From NCBI GenBank assembly GCA_965195285.1, contig CBDAFS010000062.1, positions 64,001 through 128,000 on the forward strand: a stretch of DNA of 64,000 nucleotides. Direction: 5' to 3'. Shown in pieces: positions 57,004 to 64,000 of this stretch. The stretch is from an uncultured Aminicenantes bacterium (lineage in GTDB: Bacteria; Acidobacteriota; Aminicenantia; UBA2199). Under the pieces are notes generated by a model. It searched no databases. It was given only the letters and a program-made list of their open reading frames with translations, and was not told the DNA's origin. Numbering within the stretch: the stretch's first letter is position 1; every line of letters begins with the position of its first letter. The position numbers and the translations under genes were made by a program.

Positions 57004-58282
57004 CTCCAATATATTGCTCACCCGGAAGTATAAAACCGGATTCCGGCAAACCGTGACCGATATTCTGAAGTAACCGGGCAACGGTCCTTTTTAGCACCTG
57101 GCTGGATTGGAATAGGTGGGACAATTGTTTTTCCAGGGAATAGTAACAGTGAACGATTCTTTTTCCTTCACTCGATGGCATCAAAACCTCATCGCGATAT
57201 TGTCGAAAGCGTTTCAGCAATACCCGGCTTTCCCTCAGAGAGGCCTCACTGTTAATCAACTCTTCAATAAAACAGGAAGAATCAGTATCGGAATCCGTGC
57301 TATCTCCGGAGATATAATCTTGGTAGGTTTTATAAGCCGGCTTCTCTTCCAGTGCTTTTTTCAAAACCCCCCAGGGCGGAATCTCTGCTATTGAACTATC
57401 GATAATTTCATAAAAAAAAATTTTATCAGGATACCGCTTCTCGTCTCTGGTCTGCAGCATTTCCAGGTAATAATCAGCCTGCTGTTGTTCGGAGATCGAC
57501 CAGGTTTCCCAGCCGGTTTCAGTAACCCAGAAGGGCTTGTATTGATTCCCGGTCTCTCTGACAATCTGGCTTACCGAGGGGAACTCAATCCCGTCAATAA
57601 TTTCCCCGCCTTCCAGCTTTTTGAAAAGAAATTCGATTCCAAGTGATTCATATATATGGTGTGAGATGACATCAATATGCTCTCCGGCATATTCCAGAAG
57701 ATATCTCAACCAAAGATACCACTCCTTGCCGGTACTGACCAGATGAGCCAATTCCGGGCCGACAATCTGAGCAGAGGAATCGGTACTTCTTATGGCCTCA
57801 ACTCCGGGTAAAAAAACTTTCTCCAGAAATGCCTCTTTCCCTCCGATGAAAAATTCGGGCACATTGGGTTCATTCCAAATATTCCAGTATTTTACCCGGT
57901 CCTGGTATCGGCTGACGGTTACGGTAATAAAATGCCGCCAGTCCGCAATGCTGTCGGCCGGATAATTGGCTCCTTTGCCATTGTTGGCCCATTCCGGAGT
58001 ACTTTCAAAAATGGCCAACACCGAAAGATCATTCTGATAGGCAAAATCAATTACACGATCTGTACGGGAAAAATCATATACCCCTTGGGCAGGTTCCATT
58101 TCACTCCAGAACAGATCAATGCGAATCCATTTGATTCCGGCATCCTTTACCTTTTGCAAAACCTCATTCTCCGAAAGGTGAACATTGATTCCGAAAGGCG
58201 ATGAAGAGACATTTGCCGCATAAATAATGAAGCCGAGGCACAGGCAGCAGAATATCAAGATGGGTTTCATTTTCGGATTCAT
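56987..58282 (-). CDS. Secreted clan GH-A glycoside hydrolase (GH39/GH5-like) with CFI-box C-terminal domain
   Basis: Signal peptide; WNEPN acid/base, WVTETG nucleophile; C-terminal SCFI...FRQYRDEVL..GKRIVHCYY; start 58282 or 58270. Confidence 0.8.
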   Translation of the reverse strand: MNPKMKPILIFCCLCLGFIIYAANVSSSPFGINVHLSENEVLQKVKDAGIKWIRIDLFWSEMEPAQGVYDFSRTDRVIDFAYQNDLSVLAIFESTPEWANNGKGANYPADSIADWRHFITVTVSRYQDRVKYWNIWNEPNVPEFFIGGKEAFLEKVFLPGVEAIRSTDSSAQIVGPELAHLVSTGKEWYLWLRYLLEYAGEHIDVISHHIYESLGIEFLFKKLEGGEIIDGIEFPSVSQIVRETGNQYKPFWVTETGWETWSISEQQQADYYLEMLQTRDEKRYPDKIFFYEIIDSSIAEIPPWGVLKKALEEKPAYKTYQDYISGDSTDSDTDSSCFIEELINSEASLRESRVLLKRFRQYRDEVLMPSSEGKRIVHCYYSLEKQLSHLFQSSQVLKRTVARLLQNIGHGLPESGFILPGEQYIGVMCFR

Positions 58283-60048
58283 TTTTTTATTTCGAATTTG
58301 AATTTGTGGGCAACGGTTTTTATTTCGATACCCATTTTTTTATCTCCCTTGGTGATCAGGTCCAGGAGCTTTATCCGGATCTTCCTTTCAATGATGCTAC
58401 TCACCGAATGGCCATAATGTCCATCTCTCACAGCTATACCGGCAATGGTATTTAAAACCGGTTCACCAACAAATAATCGGGTATGGTATTTTTTCATTAG
58501 TACCGTCTTCAACCAATTGATTTTTTCGCCGGCAATTTGTTTCAAATGTTTTCTGGTAAGGGGAACGAATTCAATGATCTCATCCACCCAATCCAGTACA
58601 TTCATGATCTTGGACGGAATCACGATTGATTTCGATCGGGTATCCGATTTGACAAAACCAATCTTCTTTCCCTTTTTTTCTTCTCCGATTCTGGTTAAAT
58701 TCAGGACAAAAATAATATTGGTCAAATAATGTTTCTTGCCAAAAGCATCAATGATATACCCCTGACTGAAGACTTTGCCCAGAAAGGCCAGCACCATGGA
58801 ATGGGCATGACCGATATGTTCAAACAATATGACCGAAAACGGATGACTCTCTACTTCCTGGACCAGTACTCCCGGTGCCAATCGGGTATCCCCGATCAAT
58901 TTTCGAATATCCTCGGGCTTCCTGTAATCCAGCAGGTCGATTGTTCTTAATTTGTTTTCATCTCCAAACAAGTATTCGGCTATTTTCGAAGCCAGGTAAC
59001 TTTTACCCACCCCGGTAGCCCCCAGGAACAAGAATATTCCCTCCGGTCGGGTATCGTTCAGCTCGGTTTCCAGCCGTGACAATTTTATGATACGTGAAAT
59101 TTCAGCCAACGCCTCAGTTTGATTGACCACCTTTTTTTTAAGCTGTTCATGAATACCCCGGGAGTGCAGATAGGGATCCAGTTTGACAATCCCCATGCGA
59201 AGTTTGGAAATATCACTCACACTTTTATAAATATCGTTTTCTCTCAGTTCCGCTTTGCCTTTCAAAGATGATTTTGAACATGACAGATCCAATAAATCAA
59301 TGGCCTTATGGGGAAATGCCCGATGGGGAATGAAATTGCGGGCCAGAAAATAAATTTTATCAAAAAGTTTCTCTTCAATATCCAGGGCGTAATATTTTTC
59401 AAAATAGGATTTGACACCTTTTAAAATGACCAGCATCTCCTTTTCATCAGGCTCATTAATGAAAACCAGGGAAAAACTCAGGGAAAGCATCTCATCATGT
59501 TTTATATATTTAAAATAATTCTCCGGAGTGGTGGCGGCAATAATATTTAACTCCCGATTGGCAAGAAGGGACTTCAACAAACTCTGCATCTGCAAGAACT
59601 CATCCCCCCGGTTGGTTCCCATTACCGATTGAATCTGCATTTCATCCAGAAACAATATGATCTTTTCCCGGTATTTTTTTATCTCAGAAAATAATTTCTC
59701 AAAATCTTTAATCAAGACATCGACCGATTCCCGGGAATAGAGGAAGGTATTCATGGACAGTTCAAGGATTACTTTTTGTTTCAAATAGCGAGGAACATTT
59801 CCCTTATTGATCCTGGAGGCAATCTCGGTAATGAGAGCCGTTTTCCCGACTCCCGGTTTACCAATCAGCAACAGGTTGTTTTTTAATTTTCTCAACAGGG
59901 ATTCCATTACCGCTTCAATCTCTTTTTCCCTTCTGATAAAGGGAAAACGATCTCCCTGATCGGCTATTTCACTTAAATTTTCAAGAAAACGGTGAAACTC
60001 AGGAGATATCTCCAGTTGGTCCAAATTTTCAGGCATTGATTTTTTCAA
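58279..60048 (-). CDS. Atypical two-module Clp/Hsp100 ATPase lacking the N-domain
   Basis: RREKEI..LLRKLKNN..GKPGVGKT, FPHKAIDLLD, RPEGIFLFLGATGVGKS, KIGF; start 60048 or 60036. Confidence 0.85.
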   Translation of the reverse strand: MKKSMPENLDQLEISPEFHRFLENLSEIADQGDRFPFIRREKEIEAVMESLLRKLKNNLLLIGKPGVGKTALITEIASRINKGNVPRYLKQKVILELSMNTFLYSRESVDVLIKDFEKLFSEIKKYREKIILFLDEMQIQSVMGTNRGDEFLQMQSLLKSLLANRELNIIAATTPENYFKYIKHDEMLSLSFSLVFINEPDEKEMLVILKGVKSYFEKYYALDIEEKLFDKIYFLARNFIPHRAFPHKAIDLLDLSCSKSSLKGKAELRENDIYKSVSDISKLRMGIVKLDPYLHSRGIHEQLKKKVVNQTEALAEISRIIKLSRLETELNDTRPEGIFLFLGATGVGKSYLASKIAEYLFGDENKLRTIDLLDYRKPEDIRKLIGDTRLAPGVLVQEVESHPFSVILFEHIGHAHSMVLAFLGKVFSQGYIIDAFGKKHYLTNIIFVLNLTRIGEEKKGKKIGFVKSDTRSKSIVIPSKIMNVLDWVDEIIEFVPLTRKHLKQIAGEKINWLKTVLMKKYHTRLFVGEPVLNTIAGIAVRDGHYGHSVSSIIERKIRIKLLDLITKGDKKMGIEIKTVAHKFKFEIKK

Positions 60049-60113
60049 TCCCCATCTGGTTGAGAGAAACGAAAAATAAATTTAGATAAAATACCGGGTA
60101 TATTCATATATCT

Positions 60114-61508
60114 TCAATCACCTTTATCGATAAATCGAAATTTCAAAATGGTTCTCCATAATATTTCCAGATCCAGTTTTAAAGTCCAGTTCTGAATATA
60201 ATAGATGTCAAATTCAATCCGTTTATCCAGCGGTGTATTCTGGCGCAGGCCATGTACCTGGGCCCAGCCGGTTATCCCGGTTTTTACCCGGTGGCGTAAC
60301 ATATATTTGGGAATATCATTTTTAAATTTTTCCACGAATTTAGGTCTTTCAGGCCTGGGACCCACCAAACTCATATCCCCCTTCAGGACATTTAACAATT
60401 GGGGCAATTCATCAATGGAAAATTTTCTTAAAAAACAGCCGATTCGGGTAATTCTTTTGTCATCGGCAGGAGACCAGATTATCCCGGTTTTCTTTTCGGC
60501 ATTTTCGATCATGGTTCTGAATTTTATGATATTGAAATGTTTTCCGTCAAGTCCGACCCGCCACTGGGTATAAAACACCGGCCCCCGGGAATCCAGCTTG
60601 ATCCACAGGGCAATCAAGCCCAAAAACGGGAGCAATAAAATAATTCCGACGAGGCTGAAAACCAGGTCGAAAACCCTCTTGATACTCAGCCGGTATCCGT
60701 GAAGGGGGATATCCCCCAGATTGATGGTGGGAATTCCCTCCAGGTGTTCCATACCGGCTTTCAGGGACGCAATCTGGAGAATATCGGGAACCAGCTTGAT
60801 ATCCAGGAAAAGGTTGTTACCGGTTTTGATTAATTTCATGATGGATTCGTATTCCTTCAATGAGAGCGCAATAAAAAGATCGGTAACACCATGTTTTCGA
60901 ACGATCTTTTCCAGGTCCTCGTATTTTCCCAGCACATTTTCCCGGTTTTCCGAACTCAAAAAGCCAATCACTTCAATGCCAAAATGGGAATATTTCTTCA
61001 GCTTTTCCGAAACCATCACTCCCATATCTCCGGCCCCGGCAATCAAAACCCTGGATACTCCGTTTTTCTTAATAAACAAATTGTTAAATACCCTGAAAAT
61101 CACTAACCGCAGGCAAAATACCAATGCGGTGCTCAGGGGAATATATATAAATAAATACACATGAGAAATTTCAAAATTTATGAAATTGTAACTTCTTAAA
61201 TAACTGATGATGAGGATAATGAAAAACGAAGAGATGACGGTGTTCACCATGACCAGAAACAGATCATCAAGCCGGTTTCGCCTTAGTTTCAGCTCATAAA
61301 AACCCTGGTAGGAAAAATACAAAACCTGGATAACCACCAGCAGGGGAAATACCAGCAGATATAGACCGTAGTGGGGAATCCCCTTCGGAGTACCGAACAG
61401 CCCCGAATAAAAGCGGACCCAGAAGGTCAGGTTAAAGGCAATAACGATGGCAATGATATCACTGAGCATATAAAACTGCAGCAACTGTTTTCTTTTTTTC
61501 CTGATCAT
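60114..61508 (-). CDS. wcaJ: Undecaprenyl-phosphate glucose phosphotransferase (WcaJ-like)
   Basis: 4+1 TM, KRVFD, KFRTM, DELPQL.NVLKGDMSLVGPRP, GITGWAQ. Confidence 0.9.
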   Translation of the reverse strand: MIRKKRKQLLQFYMLSDIIAIVIAFNLTFWVRFYSGLFGTPKGIPHYGLYLLVFPLLVVIQVLYFSYQGFYELKLRRNRLDDLFLVMVNTVISSFFIILIISYLRSYNFINFEISHVYLFIYIPLSTALVFCLRLVIFRVFNNLFIKKNGVSRVLIAGAGDMGVMVSEKLKKYSHFGIEVIGFLSSENRENVLGKYEDLEKIVRKHGVTDLFIALSLKEYESIMKLIKTGNNLFLDIKLVPDILQIASLKAGMEHLEGIPTINLGDIPLHGYRLSIKRVFDLVFSLVGIILLLPFLGLIALWIKLDSRGPVFYTQWRVGLDGKHFNIIKFRTMIENAEKKTGIIWSPADDKRITRIGCFLRKFSIDELPQLLNVLKGDMSLVGPRPERPKFVEKFKNDIPKYMLRHRVKTGITGWAQVHGLRQNTPLDKRIEFDIYYIQNWTLKLDLEILWRTILKFRFIDKGD

Positions 61509-62608
61509 TGTCTCTCTTGAAAACAAGTTTTCATTTTTTGTTGAAAAACCTCAGCCGAGAATCTCAAGCTGTTTTTCCGAATACCTGCAGTTGAGAATCC
61601 ATGGAACCGGTCATTTTCCATTTCTTTACACTTATCAATGGCCGCCATCAGGGTCTCAACCTCTTGATCTTCGAATAAAATTCCGGTTTTTTCATCTTCT
61701 ACAATATCCAGTACGCCACCTCTTTTAAAAGCCACAACCGGAACCCCGCAGGCCTGGGCTTCGACAAATGATATTCCGAAATCCTCAATGCCGGCAAACA
61801 CATAGGCTCTGGCATTCTGGTACAACTGCTTCAATGCTTCTGTGGAAATATCGCTTTTGAACTCAATGGTCTTTCCAGCCAATTTTTTCAATTTTTTTTC
61901 TTCAGATCCCCTGCCCACAATGATCAAACGCTCACCCAGACGATTAAATGCGTCAACCAGCAACCGGTTCCGCTTATAGGGTACCAGGGCGGATACAGCC
62001 AGAAAATAATTTTTTTCCGGATTCTTCAAAGGCTGAAAATAGTCAGTATCGACCGGCGGATGAATGACTTCGGATTCCCGCCGGTAATATTTCCAGATCC
62101 TTTCTTTGACAAAATTGGAATTGGCAATGAAGTAATCGACCCGCGCGGAACTGCACACATCCCAGCTGCGCAGTTTTGAGACCTGGTGTTTGATAAAAAA
62201 TTTCCGGAATCCCCCGACACCCTCAAAATATACCGGATACTGATCCCAGATATAACGCATGGGAGAATGAATATAGCTGATATGAATGGCATCCGGAGAG
62301 GGAATGACCCCTTTGGCCACACAATGGGAACTGCTGATAACCAGCCCATACCCGCTCAGGTCAAAGTCCTCAACCACTGCCGGGAAAAAAGGAAGAAAAT
62401 AGCGATATCGATTCCGGATATACCGGTAACGGTTCAGACTGGATGTAACAATACGATGCGATTTGATTTTCTCCGATATTTTGTTCTCGTCCAAAAAAAG
62501 AGTAAAAATATCTGCCTTTGGAAAAAAATCCAAAATGTATTCCAGAACTTTCTCCCCACCTCTCATTCCATTGAGCCAGTCATGAATAATTGCCACTTTA
62601 CCGTTCAT
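61505..62608 (-). CDS. GT4 glycosyltransferase
   Basis: HDWL..RGGEKV, SSHCVAKG, EDFGISFVEAQACG. Confidence 0.9.
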   Translation of the reverse strand: MNGKVAIIHDWLNGMRGGEKVLEYILDFFPKADIFTLFLDENKISEKIKSHRIVTSSLNRYRYIRNRYRYFLPFFPAVVEDFDLSGYGLVISSSHCVAKGVIPSPDAIHISYIHSPMRYIWDQYPVYFEGVGGFRKFFIKHQVSKLRSWDVCSSARVDYFIANSNFVKERIWKYYRRESEVIHPPVDTDYFQPLKNPEKNYFLAVSALVPYKRNRLLVDAFNRLGERLIIVGRGSEEKKLKKLAGKTIEFKSDISTEALKQLYQNARAYVFAGIEDFGISFVEAQACGVPVVAFKRGGVLDIVEDEKTGILFEDQEVETLMAAIDKCKEMENDRFHGFSTAGIRKNSLRFSAEVFQQKMKTCFQERQ

Positions 62609-62672
62609 TTTTAAAGGTTATTTTACACTCTCTCTGACAATAAATCAACTGTTACCGGCAAACCTCCCAAAT

Positions 62673-62710
62673 AAAAAAAAAGGACACGGTTTACCGTGTC
62701 CTCCTTTTTT
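62673..62710 (-). terminator. Intrinsic (probably bidirectional) terminator
   Basis: AGGACACGGT-TT-ACCGTGTCCT perfect 10-bp stem flanked by A-run and T-run. Confidence 0.8.
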
Positions 62711-62725
62711 GGAAATTGAAAATGA

Positions 62726-62962
62726 TTAAAGAAATTTCTTTTTCAACTCCTTGGCCTTTCCAATTCCCTCTTTGGTTAAAATAACCGATTTACCGTTTCG
62801 GAACTGTTGAATCAGCGTTTCATCCTCCAGCTGGTTTAACACTTCAAACAGATAGCCATTCCAGGCCCGGTAAATCTTTTCTCCGGGAGTATTTCGCGAA
62901 TCTTCTTCCCACCCGGACAGGTAGAGTAGCAATAAATTGAGTTCCATGATTTTCGAATCCAT
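62726..62962 (-). CDS. DUF6429-like winged-helix protein
   Basis: ELNLLLLYL..W...RAWNGY.FEVLNQL..E..I....KSVILT.EG; AGGAGG RBS. Confidence 0.75.
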   Translation of the reverse strand: MDSKIMELNLLLLYLSGWEEDSRNTPGEKIYRAWNGYLFEVLNQLEDETLIQQFRNGKSVILTKEGIGKAKELKKKFL

Positions 62963-62982
62963 TTTGCCTCCTTATGATAAAG

Positions 62983-63007
62983 CGGGGCAGGCCCAAGGCC
63001 TGCCCCG
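62983..63007. repeat. GC-rich hairpin (REP-like or weak terminator)
   Basis: CGGGGCAGGCC-CAA-GGCCTGCCCCG, perfect 11-bp stem after comEA. Confidence 0.55.
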
Positions 63008-63015
63008 GGTAAAAA

Positions 63016-63309
63016 TTAAACGGTGATCCGGTCTTTCAGCTTAACAAACAACTTTTCACCGATACCTTTCACCTTCATCAACTCTTCAATCCTCTTGAAT
63101 TTTCCATTCTGTTTTCTGAAATTGACAATGCGCAGGGCAATTTTCTCACCGATTCTGGGTAGGGTGGCAAGCTGTTTAACCGTAGCCGTGTTGATATTGA
63201 TCCGCTTCGAAGCGGTTGACTGCTTCTCAGCCGCCTTGACCTGACCAACCAAAACCATAAACAAACTGATCACCAGTAAAACCGAAATGAATCTTTTTAA
63301 AACCACCAT
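63016..63309 (-). CDS. comEA: ComEA-family helix-hairpin-helix DNA-binding protein
   Basis: Signal peptide; ININTA..QL.TLPRIGEKIA..FR..NG.F...EL.KVKGIG. Confidence 0.9.
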   Translation of the reverse strand: MVVLKRFISVLLVISLFMVLVGQVKAAEKQSTASKRININTATVKQLATLPRIGEKIALRIVNFRKQNGKFKRIEELMKVKGIGEKLFVKLKDRITV

Positions 63310-63331
63310 GTGAACCTCCTTACCCCAGGTT

Positions 63332-63347
63332 AACAATTCTCATGCCA
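63332..63347 (-). promoter_or_regulatory. Possible sigma54 promoter (comEA)
   Basis: TGGCATGAGAATTGTT; correct spacing, non-consensus -12. Confidence 0.4.
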
Positions 63348-63582
63348 AATCCGGGGCTCGAGTCCAGAAAAAAACAATAACCTGATCAGTAAAGGATCTT
63401 CCCGATTCGGCCCCATTCATTTTCAAATCCCGGGCGTAAACAAAAACTTACTGTAGAGCAGATAAAGGTAAACCAGAACTGACACTCACGGAAAAAAATC
63501 AGGACCTGGCCAGACAAAATAAATCTCCGTAATGACCGATATTGGCACATTTTAGCTAAAAACTGCCATTTCGAAAATCGCC

Positions 63583-63598
63583 TGGCACCATTCTTGAA
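63583..63598 (+). promoter_or_regulatory. Possible sigma54 promoter (pilin)
   Basis: TGGCACCATTCTTGAA; correct spacing, -12 GA variant. Confidence 0.5.
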
Positions 63599-63634
63599 CA
63601 GTGAACAATGGATTTTATTTTGAAGGAGAGTCAG

Positions 63635-64000
63635 ATGAACAAAAACAGAGGTAACCGACATTCAAGGCCGCATCAATCAACCGGGTTCACCTTGATCGAG
63701 ACCCTGGTCTCTTTCTTCCTGGTGTTCATGGGAGTGTTGTTCATAACCCAGATAATTTTTTTCTCATTGGATTACTATAAAAAATCTTTGCTGAGATTGA
63801 ACTTGCAGCAAAAACTTCAATCCGAGACCCAGTTGCTGACCTCTAAACCATTCGACGCCACCGAACTGAACACGGGGATATATGTTAAAGAGGATGACCC
63901 GTTTAAAATCAGTTGGGAAGTTTTTGACTTGACCCCGACCATTAAAAAAATTGTCCTCTCAGTCGGTAACAAACAGTTTTCCCGGATGATTTGTTTCTTC
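63635..64000 (+). CDS. Type IV prepilin-like protein (3' truncated by window edge; not in ORF track)
   Basis: AAGGAG RBS; MNKNRGNRHSRPHQSTG|FTLIETLVSFFLVFMGVLFI class III signal with E5. Confidence 0.85.
   Translation, partial: MNKNRGNRHSRPHQSTGFTLIETLVSFFLVFMGVLFITQIIFFSLDYYKKSLLRLNLQQKLQSETQLLTSKPFDATELNTGIYVKEDDPFKISWEVFDLTPTIKKIVLSVGNKQFSRMICFF

Noticed and set aside
63543-63557. TGGCACATTTTAGC as a sigma54 promoter
   Set aside because: GG-to-GC spacing is 9 rather than the required 10.
1315-63661. Numerous 60-300 aa ORFs antisense to or nested in called genes (e.g. 3199-3774, 8741-9310, 47810-48751, 63386-63661)
   Set aside because: Shadow frames of well-supported genes or intergenic ORFs with no recognisable motifs or RBS.

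Overview
Bacterial chromosomal segment of moderate GC. The peptidase-rich content and gene order tentatively suggest an anaerobic, peptide-fermenting lineage such as Aminicenantes (inference only). Most of the window is housekeeping: manC-alr, a dcw cluster (mraZ-rsmH-ftsL-ftsI-murE-murF-murD-ftsW-murC-ftsQ-ftsA-ftsZ, lacking mraY, murG, murB and ddl) coupled to hutI, class II RNR with an NrdR box, a 2-oxoacid:ferredoxin oxidoreductase, purA, pepT, ppsA, lpdA, ftsH-cdaA-cdaR-glmM-pdxJ, thyX, a GT4-wcaJ-Clp-like-glycoside hydrolase run, comEA and a partial pilin. An AT-rich accessory island (~11.5-19.2 kb) holds hipBA, a truncated REP-associated (RAYT) transposase, about ten short G(T/A)CCCC REP-like motifs, a lipoprotein flanked by direct repeats, a 22-repeat WD40 protein and a decayed IS110/IS1111 element. 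The best signals are: (1) the IS110 element sits inside one of the REP-like motifs, and its 3' non-coding end reads as a bridge/seek RNA with guides matching both the target and the circle junction, apparently with three loops rather than two; (2) the REP-like motifs punctuate the island like cassette boundaries; (3) an orphan ~125-nt structured element after hutI presents an SD/anti-SD loop; (4) a Clp ATPase with degenerate motor motifs keeps its ClpP-docking IGF loop. No tRNA, rRNA or CRISPR array was seen. All calls come from reading the sequence and motifs by eye; no searches or folding programs were run.
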